Assembly: GCA_052327205.1 (NCBI GenBank)
Contig: CM126206.1
Location: 319,052,001 to 319,116,000 of the forward strand
Source: Somniosus microcephalus
Taxonomy: Eukaryota
Direction: 5' to 3'
Length of the DNA: 64,000 nucleotides
Both the position numbers and the translations under genes were made by a program. A model generated the notes under the pieces. It ran no database searches. It saw nothing but the letters and a program-made list of their open reading frames with translations, and was not told the DNA's origin. Below, piece after piece: positions 24,720 through 39,795 of the stretch. Position 1 is the first letter of the stretch, and the number at the start of each line of letters is the position of its first letter.

Positions 24720-26230
24720 CAGCTTGTGTGCTGTGATTAATCATCCCTGGTGACTTCAGCCATGTTCATTTTCCTTTCTCATTTCGGTTTTGCTGTCCTC
24801 CCTTAACCTTGCCCTACAACTCCCATTGTCCTTGCCTTTTATCACTGGGAAAATTGTCGCCTCAGCTCCTTCACCAATTTGTACTCTTAACTCCCAACTC
24901 CCCTCTCTGCCCCCAACGTGTCGGCTGCTGCTATATAAGTTGTCCCACAGCTCCCCGCTCTGCTTTCCCCATCAAGTCACCCAACCCAGTCGTAGTTCCC
25001 ACTTTAGCGCCCTTACGTCTGAGGACCACAGACTTGGCATTCATCTGGTATCCACCACCAAGTCTGAGACCATGTACACAAGTATATCCTTCCTTTCTCT
25101 TCTCACCCCCCACCCCGCCAAAGCCTCTGACCACCTCACAATCCCTTACTCATCCTAAACCTGGTCTTGTCAACTTGCAGCTTTTATCAGCTTCCCCGAG
25201 CTCGTTTGAGATGCGTTGCCCCTTGATTCCTCGTTTCCCCCAAATCCTAATCGCTCAACTACAATTCCTGACCGCAGTGTTTGCTGGACCCTCTGTTTGA
25301 CATTATACCTCTTCCTTTTAAAATGGTCATCAGCTTCCTTCTCAAAGGCCCAGCCTTATTCTGCCTGCGCCCCCCCCCCCCCCAAAAAAACTACTGCACA
25401 CACTCTAATCGACCTTTCTTGTCCAAAGGTCTTTGGAACGTGAATGTGTCACTTCTCGGCTGCAAGTTCATCTCCCCCACAACTTCCTGTTGAAATCGCT
25501 TGTCTGGTTTCTGCTCTGCCCACCACAACAAGACACACTTGCCAACTATAGCCTCTGACACTGAGTAGGCCAAAGCTATCATTTTGGCCCCTGCCAAAAA
25601 CACTGCACACCCATACCACATATTCCATCCTGGCTTCTCTGAACCAGACTGCAAGTAACTGTACAACCTAGAACTGAATTCCTATCCACTACCCCCACAA
25701 CGTTGCCCACCTCTGCTACCACTGCCATGCCCCCATGGTCACTGAACCTCTTGCTCATATCTTGACTTCTGTCATGCATCCTGGTTTCCTGATCCCCTCT
25801 CCATGAACTCAATCATCTAATACTCCGCCCTGTCCCATCTATCGCCCCCATCCTGCTGACCTATACTGTGCCCCCATGACGCGCCCCTCCCCCCCCCCCC
25901 CCCCCCCAAAGCAACAATGGAATTAATTTAAAATCCTTGTATACAAATTCCCCCAAAGCTTTGCCCCATCCTATCTCTGCAATCACATGTTCCACCCCCC
26001 CCCCCCCCCCCCCCCCAAAAACCCCACGGTCCACCTCTGGCAAAGCTTTGTTACCTTGGTCCTAGTCTTTACAACACATTTCCCAAATCCTGTCTCTACC
26101 TCCCTGCCGATCATTAAAAGCCTTCGCAAAATACATCTCTCTGACCATGCTTTTGACTCTACTCTTTTCCTCTCTCAGCACCTTGGGATACTATCTACAT
26201 TAAAGCCGCTTTATAAATTCACATTGTTAG
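24720..26230 (+). mobile_element. Highly decayed L2-type LINE
   Basis: C/T-rich, ending in an L2-like tail CACCTTGGGATA..ATTAAAGCCGCTTTATAAAT. Confidence 0.55.
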
Positions 26231-27354
26231 TTTAAAACGTGAAGAAATGCTGCCCGGTTCTTGGAGCAGTGCCAGAGTCTGTTTTTTGAACAAAAAAATC
26301 AGAATTTTCTTCCTTTCCTGAAGGCATTGATGGCTTGTGGGGTAATATTGTGTAAACACGCTTAATAGACTTGGAAGGTCCCAGGTTTATGCTGAGTGGT
26401 ATCCCAAGTGGCTGTTATTCTTTAAGATTTGATGGTGGATGTTGGCAGATTATTTTATTGCACTGGGGCAGCACAATATAACCTTGCAGGGTGTCCATGT
26501 GATAATGTTCTAGCAGGAGTCACTGCATGGTAATTTGGGTGGGAACACTGGCTTTTTTTGTGTTCCCTCTTAACATGGTCACTGAATTATAGCCCCCTTT
26601 ACTGCTACCCTAACTCACATCAGTCAACTTCTCATAGACCCAGGACCTTTCTATTCTGTAGGTGATTTTACATTTTGTGCTTCTAGAGCTTGGATCAGGG
26701 GAGAGCAATGTCTGTGTTTACATGGCTAAGATCAGCTTTCCTAACCAGACTGCCAAACGTAGAGCCATGCAAATGCACATTGGGAGTTGGCTGCATTTAC
26801 ACAGGTGTAACAAAATATACAAACCGTTTAAAAGCTGAAGTTTTGAAATACTAGATATTCTGGCCACATCCTTGTCTTTAAATCCAGAGAACTTTTTCTC
26901 TTCTCTCCTGAAGAATCTCGCTGTTTCATAAATGAGTTCTAACAGTGCCAGGTTGATATGTCTGAGGCTGGTGTCAGGCTGCTGGTCTGTGTGTTAAAGT
27001 TAAAATGTGGTGTGAAATGACGGGCCTCCAGGACATCCTTGTTAATCACGATTTAATGTGTTCCTTTGTCCTGCTCAGAGTCAGACATCAGCAAATGCCA
27101 TGGTTAATGAATATTTGCATTCATTTCCTGTTGAGCTTTTGTTGGGATTTAACTCCTACCCTGCTGATGTGCCTTGGCTTGTTAAATGCTCATCTGTTCT
27201 GCATAAAAAGCAGAACGACGGAAGAAGTTGGTGTGCTTGCGTTAAACTGCAGTTGTTTCCTTGAATGGGTACAGCTGATTACAGCTAATTATGAGGACCG
27301 AAAGGATGCAATAAAAACAGAAACTGGTAAAGAAAATACCCAGCAAGACTGTGA

Positions 27355-27770
27355 TTAAAAACAGAAAATGCGGGAAATACTCAGCCGGTCAGGCAGTATC
27401 TGTGGGGAGAGAAACCGAGTTAACGTTTTAGATCGATGACCTTTCATCAGAACTGGAAAAAGTTGTCTCAGATTTTAAGCAAGGGCAGGGAAAGGGGGGA
27501 GGAAAGAACAAAAGGGAAGGTCTGTGAGTGGGTGGAAGGCAGGAGAGATTAAATGGCAAAAGAGATGATGGGTGCAAGGCAAAAGAAGATGGTAATGGGA
27601 CAAGTAAAGAAACAAAAGGTGAGTCTAGAAGAGGTGTAAATGGGAATGGCAGAATCATCAACAGCTGCCATGTGGAAAAAGCAGGGGCAGAGGTTATGGT
27701 CTGAAATTGTTGAAGATGATGATGTTGGGTCCAGAAGGCTGTAAAGTTCCAAATCGAAAGCAGGACTTGA
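27355..27770 (-). mobile_element. Penelope-like element 3' end with decayed hammerhead
   Basis: Same terminus as 23480-23582 in reverse; CTGATGA core at 27444-27450(-). Confidence 0.85.
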
Positions 27771-28024
27771 GCCTGCCTCTCTCCTGTGGTCTTGTCAGCA
27801 CTCAGGTGGCCATGGAGAGGGTACACCTTTGAGGTCTTCCGTGACCAGTGGGCAACACAAGGAATGGAGTGTCTTACCGATACCAGTAATATTATGATTT
27901 TGTTCCTTTTTCGTTACATTTATTTTACGGTTAAGTTCCTTTTATTAGTTGTGCCCAAATATTTTTAAAAAGGCACATATAAATTGGTTTTCTGTTTGAT
28001 TACACTGTGTTGCCCCATTGGCAT

Positions 28025-28958
28025 CAATGTTCCCTTTACGCCGCGTGGCCGCACAGCATTCGGTTGAATCGTCAAGATGGCACCCGAGACGGTCCGGCGC
28101 TAGTGCGCTCTCCCTGCTTCGGGCGGCCTGCTCTCGCCGCTCGCTCCCGCAACCGTAGCAAGGTGTTCGGCGAGTCGGGCGGAGGCAGCGCAGCGCATCG
28201 GGACGCAGCAGCAGCCACGTCGACCCGCTAGGGCACATTGGCCGGCTGCTCCTCAGCGGGAAGGCATTCCTGGGAGGAGGGGAGCCGAGCATGGTGGCCA
28301 GAGGCCAGACCGGAAGCGGGAGAAGCAGGCCCGGGCCGTCGGACCGTGGCCACGGCGAGGTGGAGGCTGCGGTGACCGGAGGATGTGTTCAGCGAGTCGG
28401 GCGGAGGCAGCGCAGCGCATCGGGACGCAGCAGCAGCCACGACAACTCGCAGTCCGACTGGGAGGAGGGGAGCCGAGCATGGCGGCCGGACCGGAAGCGG
28501 GAGAAGCAGGCCCGGGCTGTCGGACCGTGGAGCCAGCGATGGTGAGGTGGAGGCCGCGGCGACCAGAGGCAACGCAGCGCATCGAGCAGCAGCCACGACG
28601 ACTCGCAGTCCGACTGGGAGGAGGGGAGCCGGGAATGGTGGCCAGAGGGTGAGTGGGAGAAGCAGGCCACCACACGTGGAGCCGAGCCGGCAACAGTGAG
28701 GAGGAGGACGGAGCGGCTGAGGGACATCGTGCTCCCACTGCCACTGGATGCCAAAGAATTGACTTTCTGAACACGGCGCTGTAAAAATAGCTGACGTGTC
28801 CCCACGGGGAGTAAGCATTCCATTGTACTAGTACATATGGCAACTAAAATTGAATTGAATAAAATTGAATTGATTCTGCAGCTCCCCACAGCTGGCTCAA
28901 CGGCATTTAAATAGGAAAAAACGCGCACCGAAAAATAAAGAAATGGAAGGAAACATTC
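28025..28958. mobile_element. Long non-autonomous hAT-type element with CpG-rich internal repeats
   Basis: Ends CAATGTTCCCT..TGGCCGCACAGC and ..GGAAACATTC resemble the MITEs at 37127, 39796 and 61615. Confidence 0.7.
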
Positions 28959-31900
28959 TTATGGATAGTTTGGAAAAAGGTATCTGAAAGAGAAGACAAG
29001 CTTGACTCCAGTTAAGAACAATGCTGCAAAATTTAAGTTGCTTCTACATTGCAGCCTGGGTTTCAGTAAGGCAAGCTAACAGAGGCACTCATACTTGTTT
29101 TGGAACTAATGGATCTCCTGTAGTGTTGCTTGCAGCAAGTCCAAATCTGGAAATCTCTTTCCTCAATGTTGTTGAGGCTGGGGGTCAATTGAAAATTTCA
29201 AAACTCGGATTGAGATATATTTGTTCTGCAAGATATGAAAGATTACAGAACCAAGGTGGGTAGATAAGTTAAGGTACAGCCACGGCAGAATAGGCTTGAG
29301 GGGATTTAATGACATCGTCCCAGCACTATGAAAGAAATGGGAAACGTCTGAGTGACATATGTCATCAACTGAAATGTGCTGTTGCCACGGATTTACTCAT
29401 TCCAATAAGATCTGTCGGCCGAGATAACCCAGTAGGAAAATGGGTCTTCCCTCCAGCTACTTCATCTTGATGTGGCTGCCTGATGTGGGAGTCGGCAGAT
29501 GGGCAGCAATATAGAAATGACACTTGGAAAATGGCCAGCTGCAAGGTATTTATAAAAAAAAATAAAAAATAAAAATCAATTAATAGCTGTTTTAGTAGCG
29601 TTTCTGCCCATTGACATTATTAAAATAAAATACACGAAGTACAGATAAAGGTGTAAAGTAAGGTTAATGTTTCGGTTGGAGACTCATTCTTAACTGAAAA
29701 GTCTGCCTTCCTCCTCTCCTAGCTCTCTTCTTTTCCCCCCCCCCCCCCCAGTGCTGTTGGGCCTGCTGTACATTTCCAGGTTGTGCTGCTGTTTTGTTGG
29801 AAAGGTTTGAAATAATGAGTCTTAAATTGCAGACTTTTGCATTTGACCAGCTTCCTCTAGAAGCGACTTTGGTTTAATGCCAATTAAATCTAGATCAGTG
29901 AGCTTCCCCAGTGGCTTGGTGGGTCAGTGTCTTACTGAGCTGGTCGAGAACCAGGAGGCATTCAGGATTGTCTCCTAGACTACTTAGTTATCTGATTCCA
30001 GCTGGTGGCATGCCTAGCCCTACTGTTGTCTGGACTAGATAAAAGGAATATCAGCCAGGTTTCTATTTTGGATCACTACCCAGTGAACTTTTCTGATGTG
30101 TGCACAAGGAATGTGCCTCTTGGATTGTGTAGCCTGCTAATGTTTGCTGCATGGCGCATGAAAAGCAGTTGCTTGGACAAAATGGGTGGGTGGGGAGAGG
30201 AGGAGGAGATTGTTGGCACCCTGTGGAGTTAACTGCTTCTAAAGAGAAAAAGGAAATGTTTGATGGGGCGAAAGCAGCTCAGTATGTGACTCATGTGCCT
30301 ATTGATAAATATTAAAATCTAACCATATGTTACATGTTGCCTAATACTCGTGTTGTAAGGATATGGTTCTTGTTGGTTCTTTGAATCTGGGTGAATAACT
30401 CGCATGAAGGATTTGAGTGCAGTCCCCACCATTTACACAGTCCCCAGTTATCGGTCAGCTGCTGACTATTTGCAGTTGCCAGAGGTGTCACTTAAACCCT
30501 ATTAAGCAAGTAGCTGTTTGCACCATGTTAAAGTGTGACTACCTGTCAGAGTCCCAACCTCTTTCCCCCTTCCCCCCCCCCCCCCCCCCCCCCCCCCCCG
30601 CCATGGCCTCTAGAACTGCTGCAAACCCTTCAATCTGGTTTGCTGAGCTGGACACCTTTCGGCTCAGTTTTAAAATTAACACGGTGGTCTGACCGCCTCT
30701 TAAACCGAGCAAGGTCTTCAATCTATTTATTTTTATAAATAGAGATATAGCTGACTTATTATCCCATGTGTTGTTTCAAACTCTGGAGCCTAGCAGTTAT
30801 ACTGGCAAATAATGGCATCATGGGAGTTGTTGAAACAGCTGATGCCAAGTTCCTTCAGCGCAGTCGCTGCTGTTCTGTTAGTGGTTCTATATCGGATAAT
30901 CTCTGGGTCTGGTGCTTGTTGAAGTGGAAGCGTGAATTTTGTTTTATTTTAAATTGACCATATGAAGAGAGGTAAGTTTATGACTCACAGTTGAGAGTTT
31001 TACTTGGCTATGTTTGAATAACCCTTGAATAGCTATATATATTTTTTTAAATATTCGTTCACGGAATGTGGGCATCATTGGCAAGGCCAGCATTTATTGC
31101 CCTTGAAGGTGCTGGTGAGCTGCTGCCTGCCAAGGTTAAGTCATGAAATAGTGTGTGCCTGTAAAAGAGACAGCTTGCGTCACTGAAGTCCTAACTTTTA
31201 TCAGTTAAGGCAAAAAGAACTAGTTATAACACCCGCATATGGTAGAATCATGCCAACTGTCATAAATCAAGGTTCTGCCGATTTATCAGTTTGAGCATGT
31301 TCCTAGCAGTGACCAGTCAAACTGGTGACTGTGTTCAGCTGCATCATCCTTTGTCCTGTGATGCTGCGAATGAAAAATACCTAGTAATATTGCAGTGCTG
31401 CTGAGCTTGAAACTGACTGCGAGCTTGGGATTGTGTAATATGGCAGGTTTTGTACTTCGAAGCTCATGCTGAAATATAGTCTACATTTGTTTCACTGTGG
31501 TACAGATTGATAATGGCAGTAGGCAGGTAAAGCTACTTATAGTTTCACTAAAGGGGAAAATTAATTGTTGGGAGTGTCCTCATAAACCCGTTTGTATTGG
31601 TGGTGGGCTCTGGATTTAGCTGGAGGTAATCTTTTATTTTGTTCTCATTTTTCTCCCCGCCCCCCAAAAAAGCAAACCTCGATTGGCCTTTATTTGCACT
31701 GGTGCTGCAAGAGCTAGCTTAATCTGCCCAGGGGTGTCTAGGCAATTCGAGGTGTGATAACTGGAAGATAATGAACATTCAATAGCAATGGTAATCTCTG
31801 TTCTGAATAATATAGGGGATAGTTTTAGTATACCTGGTTTTATCTGAAATGTTAGTTTCACATTTTCTGGGCAATCTCTGGGCCAGTTAACATTATACAG

Positions 31901-32044
31901 CCTGCTGCATGTTATTGGATTTGAACTGAAGCAAAAATGACACTTCCTGTTTATTGGCAGGTTTGAGTAGAATTTCTGCTGGCACGACTAGATTGAAATT
32001 GCCAATAGGGTCTGAACGTGGAACTGAATCCTAATGGTGTTTAT

Positions 32045-32245
32045 CACAGAAATCACAGAAACCCCACAGTGCAGATAGAGGCCATTTCGGCCCATCGAGC
32101 CTGCACCGACACATATCCCACCCGATCCCTGTAACCCCTACACCAACACATATCCCACCCTATCCCTGTAACCCCACGTATTTAATCCCCCTAACACTAA
32201 GGGTCAATTTATCATAGTCAATCAACCTAACCCGCACATATTGGA
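32045..32245 (-). mobile_element. V-domain SINE (HE1-like) fragment
   Basis: The minus strand has TGTGCGGGTTAGGTTGATTG..AAATTGACCCTTAGTG and a CR1-type tail. Confidence 0.7.
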
Positions 32246-33563
32246 GAACTGTTTACAGTGCTGGGCTAGAATTCAGTGGGTGTAGAAGCGATCCTGTTTT
32301 ATATTGTGGGGTGGATTCTACAGCAATGGAATCCATTTAAAAGACAAATTTTTGCAGTTCAACAGACTGCATGTACCTTGGCAGTTGGAGTAGGGGCAGG
32401 AAGAGGAAATGAAGATCTGTACACCAGTGGGAGTAAAATAGCGCTTTTGCCTGTATGGAGGCATACGGGAACCATTTTTGGGCTACTTGTGGTTTTGGTT
32501 TCCTGCGCTGTCATTTTATATTGGAGCTACAGCTGAAACGCATGCACTTTGCTTTGTCTCCCTGTGGTAGTTGCACTGCTACATTGATGTTGCATTTACA
32601 AATTTTAATATAAATGTAATTCTGATCAGGAATAGGAAAAACATTATCCATACATCCTTTATGCATTAGACAACACTGATTTGTTAGATGTTTGAAGGGC
32701 AAATAGCAAATGATATAGCATATTATCAGTATATGTGGGATCCATTTGTGCTGACTCACTGACTAGTTTTGTGCTTTGCTAGAGTTTCAGTTGGTTCTTC
32801 GGTCTGTTGAGTAATTCAGTTGCCTTGTTGTAGGAACCTGGGACTGCATTGCATTCTAAATTTGTTTCAAAACAATATGCTGCATAAATCTTCATTGAGA
32901 CTGCACTAGTTTCCTCCCCAGAACATAGCTTGTGTAAGTAACAGCTTTGTTTTTTTTAATTCATGCTACATTAATAAAGATGTACATTTAGCAGTGTATG
33001 GTAGTTTTAAAGAACTCAACCATCGAATTCACATTATAGTAGTAAAGGGAATTTTTTGCTCCCCGAACGGTAGTCTTATGGGGCGCCATTGTATACTTTA
33101 CAGAGCTTAATGGTGACATCATGATGCATGTGGTAATCTCAAATGTGGTATTTTGCCCAAAGTATAGTCTTGTAGACAGTGTGGAGCTGGCAGGAGGTTT
33201 AATATACTTGCATCAAAATATAGTTTACAGGACATATGTGCAATGCTGCTAATGCAACTTTACACAAATTTGCGATGGTAATGGTAAATAAAATATTGAA
33301 CAATGGTTCCCTGAATTTTTTCTGAGTAGCTTAAAATGCAAAAAAAGTGGTGATATGGACTAGTATCCTAAAGTGATTTAGGGCTTGTCTCCACTTATTA
33401 TTGTTGATGCATTTGTCTACGCCAAGAATCCTAGATGTACTTATAGTTCACGACTTTAGTATTGTTTAATGCTAATTTTATTTGCGTTTAATCCGTTGTC
33501 TTCTATTTATTTCAGGTGTTGGAGATTAAACGACCATTAAGGCTGAATTGAACTGACTAAGTT

Positions 33564-33576
33564 ATGACTACCTCAG
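33564..33576 (+). CDS. CTNNB1: CTNNB1 exon 2 coding part (MTTS-A); whole exon 33516-33576
   Basis: ttcAG acceptor, 61-nt exon, ATG ACT ACC TCA G|gtacgg. In-frame TAA just upstream of the ATG. Phase 1 joins exon 3. Confidence 0.9.
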
Positions 33577-34289
33577 GTACGGAACTTGTTAATTACTGTT
33601 CCCATAGCAGCTTATCTGCCCTGAGATGTTTAGCATCTCTCCATGGGTCTTGACTCATCCAGCGGAAAGCACATTGAGGTTTACGTGTGCCAATTAGTGT
33701 ACATAAAGTGAACATTTCTATTTTTGCTTAATGTACCCTCTGGTGAGTACTTATTAATAACTTTAGGCTGATCTGCTGGAGACTGATGCAGCCCAGAGTG
33801 TGTCAGAGTGCTGTGTGCTGCCTGGGAAACTGGGTCAGATTGTAGGCAGAAATGTTGCTTCAGTCTGTGCACCCCACCCACATTCAGAATACTGAACTTG
33901 GCAAGGTAGCAAGTGTTGCATGCTAAAAGTAACACCGCTAACATTTTAGTTTACTCCAATGTTAAAAGCTTCTCTGTTGATTAAATTGAGACCCAATGTT
34001 TCTGTTCAGAATTTTCTAGTATAGCTCTGGGCACATGTGCGCTGCAGTCTTTTCAAACCACTAGTCTGGAGAGGAATCTGGGGCAAGAGGAGTAGATTCA
34101 TTGGCTTTTTACAGTACTATACCTACCTATTTCATGGGACTGCTAAGAATATCCACTTGGGAGAGTACTACAGTCAGTTCGCCATGCAGTGGGATGCTTA
34201 GCTATAGGTGTCCCTTGTAGTATCGACCTTCGTGATGTTATTTGAAGATTTGGGAGTGGTTTGTCCAGGGAAAGTGGTGTAGATGGCCT

Positions 34290-34680
34290 TGAGCAACGCC
34301 TTGATTTTAAAATTCTCATCCTTGTTTTCAAACCCCTCCATGGCCTCGCCCCTTCCTATCTCTTTATATTCTCCAGCCTCACAACCCTCCGAGATCTCTG
34401 CGCTCCTCCAATTCTGGCCTCTTGACCATCCCTGATTATAATCGCTCCACCATCGGTGGCCGTGCCTTCAGCTGCCGAGGCCCTAAGCTCTGGAATTCAC
34501 TCCCTAAACCTCTCCAACTCGCTCTCCTCCTTTTAAGGCGTTCCTTAAAACCGACCTCTTTGACCAAGCACCTGCCCTAATAGCTCCTGATGTGGCTCGC
34601 TGTCACATTTTGTCTGATTATTGCTCTTGTGAAGCACCTTGGGACGTTTTACTACATTAAAGGCGCTATATAAATACACG
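34290..34680 (+). mobile_element. L2 LINE 3' end (intron 2)
   Basis: Close match to 2530-2930. Confidence 0.88.
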
Positions 34681-34749
34681 TTAAAATGAGAAATACAACA
34701 GTTTAATCTCTTTAATGCCCCATTTTCCAAAATAGAAGAAAATCAGAAC

Positions 34750-35660
34750 AACTTGCATTTATAATAGCAGAACCGTAATCGGAGAAAAGCTTTGTCAACG
34801 AGCTGGGTTTTGAGGAGACCTTGGAGGAGGCGAGCGAGGTAATTCCAGAGCGTGCGGCCCAGACGGCTAAAGGCACGGTCACCAATAGTGAGGCAATGGA
34901 AGGGGGTGTGCCTCAAAGGCAGAGTTTGCAGAGAGGGTTGTAGGGCTGGAAGAGGTTACACAAACAGGCTGTTGGGTTGAGAATTTTAAATTGGAGGTTT
35001 TGGGGGACTGGGATCTAGTTAGTCAGCAAGGTGAGAGAGGTGATGGGTGAGTGGGACAGGATGCGTGCAACAGAGTTTTGGGTGAGCTGAAGTTTATCGT
35101 GGGTGGAAAATAGGAGGCAGTGATGGAGAGCATTGGAATAGTAGAACCTGGAAGTGATCAAGGCATCGACGGGCGAGGTGGAGGTGGGCGATGCTACGGA
35201 GCAGGAAGTAGGTGGTCTTTGCGATGGAATATATGGGCTAGGAAGTTATGATCAGGGTTGAATAGGACGCTGAGCGTGCGAGCAGTTTGGTTCAGCTCCA
35301 GACAATGGCCGGGGACAGCGGTTGAATTGGTAGCAAGTGAACAGAATTTATGGTGGGGCCAAAGACGGTGGCTTCAATCTTCCCAGTGTTGAGCTGGAAG
35401 AAATTGTGGCTTATCAAAGACTGATGTCAGACAAGCAATCAGTCAACACCGGCAGGGTATAAAGGTGGTGAAGTAGAGCTGCGTGTCACCAGTGTACATG
35501 CGGAAGCTCACCTCGCATTTGCGGATAATGTCAAGGGGCAGCATGTAGGTGAGGAAGAGGAGAGGGCCAAGGACAGATCCTTGGGGGGACTCTGGAGGTA
35601 CTAGTGTGGGGGTGGGAAGCGACGTCATTGCTGGAGATGCTCTGCCTATGAACGGATAGA
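34750..35660 (-). mobile_element. Older L2 LINE fragment (intron 2)
   Basis: RT motifs [18 protein letters not shown] and MYTGDTQLY (decayed YADD). Confidence 0.8.
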
Positions 35661-35706
35661 AAAGAACCAGGGACTGCGTGCTGTTGAATAAATTAATGCA
35701 TCTTAA

Positions 35707-36036
<330 letters not shown>

Positions 36037-36124
36037 TAGTATAAATTGGAATATATTAGTAATTAATAGCTTTGTGCTGCAAAACCTATATGTGGGTTGA
36101 TTTTTCTCTAGTTTATACATGTAG

Positions 36125-36625
<501 letters not shown>

Positions 36626-36817
36626 TAACTGATTAGCAGGTCTATGCACAACCACTGGATTTATTGACTATAGCAATTGTAATTCACTGGCTAAGGCTGC
36701 TACTGTTTTGTAAACTTGTATAATTAACTATAATGGGAATGTAAAGCTTCCAACCATGGCCCCTCCAGCTTTACTGTATATGTACTGATTTTTTTTTTCT
36801 TTCCACTTCTGTTCTAG

Positions 36818-37272
<455 letters not shown>

Positions 37273-37555
37273 TTTACTGTGTTTACAAAGTTTCTCTTCT
37301 CCCTCGGGCAATGATTCTAAACATGTTAACATTACTAAAACTTTGCAACTCCATTGTACTGCGCATTGGAAATGGTGGAACGCTTGTTTGTGCCTGGGAT
37401 TCTCCACAGGGTCACGTGCAGAGGCCACGTGCTACTGCATCAGGGAGGAAATCGGCATCAGTTTGTTTTGATCGGCACCTCCTTGTGGCTGATTTTGAGT
37501 GATGTTAAATACCTTGGTTTTATGATGGGTTGAGCCTTCAGTAGGAACATAAACA

Positions 37556-37895
37556 GGGCACGGTAGCACAATGGTTACCGTTACTGGACTAGTAATCTAG
37601 AGGCCTGGACTAATGATCAAGAGACGTGAGTTTAAATCCCACCACGCCAGCTGGGAAATTTAAATTCAGTTAATTAAAATAAATCTATAATTAAAAGCTA
37701 GTATCTGTAATGGTGACCATGATTGTTGTAAAACCCATCTGGTTCACGAATGTCCTTTAGGGAACGAAATCTGCTGTCCTTACCCGGTCTGGCCCACAGC
37801 ATTGTGGTTGACTCTTAGCTGGCTCCTGAAATGGGCAATAAGCCGCTCAGTTCACCACCACCTTCTCGAGGGCAATTGGGGATGGGCAATAAATA
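37556..37895 (+). mobile_element. tRNA-derived SINE with Meta-like core
   Basis: tRNA-like head; core AAAACCCATCTGGTTCAC.AATGTCCTTTAGGGAA; tail CACCACCTTCTC.AGGGCAA. Family name from recall. Confidence 0.7.
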
Positions 37896-37968
37896 TCATG
37901 CGGTATTTTTAAATACTTTGAATAGAAGAATGCAGTATTTTCTTCACACTTGATTTCGCAGCATTTAA

Positions 37969-38241
<273 letters not shown>

Positions 38242-38309
38242 TAAAAAAAAAACCCAACACAACCAGCTCGGTCAGCTTCAATTGTACTAAACGGACTCTT
38301 GTTCTTCAG

Positions 38310-38454
38310 TTGATCATTCTGGCGAGTGGAGGGCCCCAGGCACTTGTGAACATCATGAGGACCTACACGTATGAGAAATTGCTGTGGACCACCAGCCGTG
38401 TGCTCAAAGTGCTGTCTGTCTGCTCCAGTAATAAACCTGCAATAGTGGAAGCTG
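38310..38454 (+). CDS. CTNNB1: CTNNB1 exon 7
   Basis: 145 nt, [14 protein letters not shown]...AIVEA; cag|...|gtgagt. Confidence 0.99.
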
Positions 38455-38491
38455 GTGAGTGCCTGGGCCTTTCCAGAGTTGTTCCTGTTGA

Positions 38492-38656
<165 letters not shown>

Positions 38657-39049
38657 TAGTGTAGGGATGAATCAAATATGAGAATCCACTGTGTTAAGTA
38701 CAGATTATGCAGCTCGATAGCAATTCTTTAAACTGAATGGTTGACTGCTTAAATAGGTTGTGTACTAATGCATTTTTTTGCACAAGCAATTAGATTTCTA
38801 AAATGTGCTGTTGTCCAGGGGAAATTTGGCAGTGGATTGGTCATGCTGTTAAGAGCATTAAAACCAGATAACAGAACTGGTTGTGATTGGATCGGGGATC
38901 CTCTGTATAAAGGGACTGGTTTAGTATATTGGCATCCGCTGCTTTGATCAGTTTTGCTTACATTATGTAATGGTTCAAAAATGCGATGGGAAGTCCTGGT
39001 AAATTTATTTTAAGCAACTTTTAAATGCTGCTTTGCTTTGTGTTTTTAG

Positions 39050-39397
<348 letters not shown>

Positions 39398-39795
39398 TAG
39401 AACATACTTTCCTTTTGAACTGAAAATATTATTGAATGGTATGAAAAAATGATGGACTGCCGTCGCTGCTTTAAGTTGGAAATGCTACTTCAGCAACCCC
39501 TGTCTCCCTTCCCCTTCTCAAAAAAAGGCTTTGTATTTGTCACAAGTTTACTTATTAATTCTTGTCGTGTGGAACCTTTCCACTTCATCAAAGACTACTG
39601 CTGTCAGTAGCTATGTCGATTCTTTTCCCCCTTGTCCCTCCCGCAGAAAGTATTGGGGTGCTTTTCACTTGTGAAGGACAGTAAGTATTAGACTATCTTA
39701 CATGTAGAGGAGTTTACAACTGAACCAGATCCTTTCCTTAGGTTGTGTCTACACGTGTCTGTGCAGCAGGATCACTCATTAGGAATCCTAGTGGT

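Noticed and set aside
27945-28928. Overlapping 80-196 aa ORFs
   Set aside because: High GC suppresses stop codons; no recognisable domain, and they lie within a TIR element.
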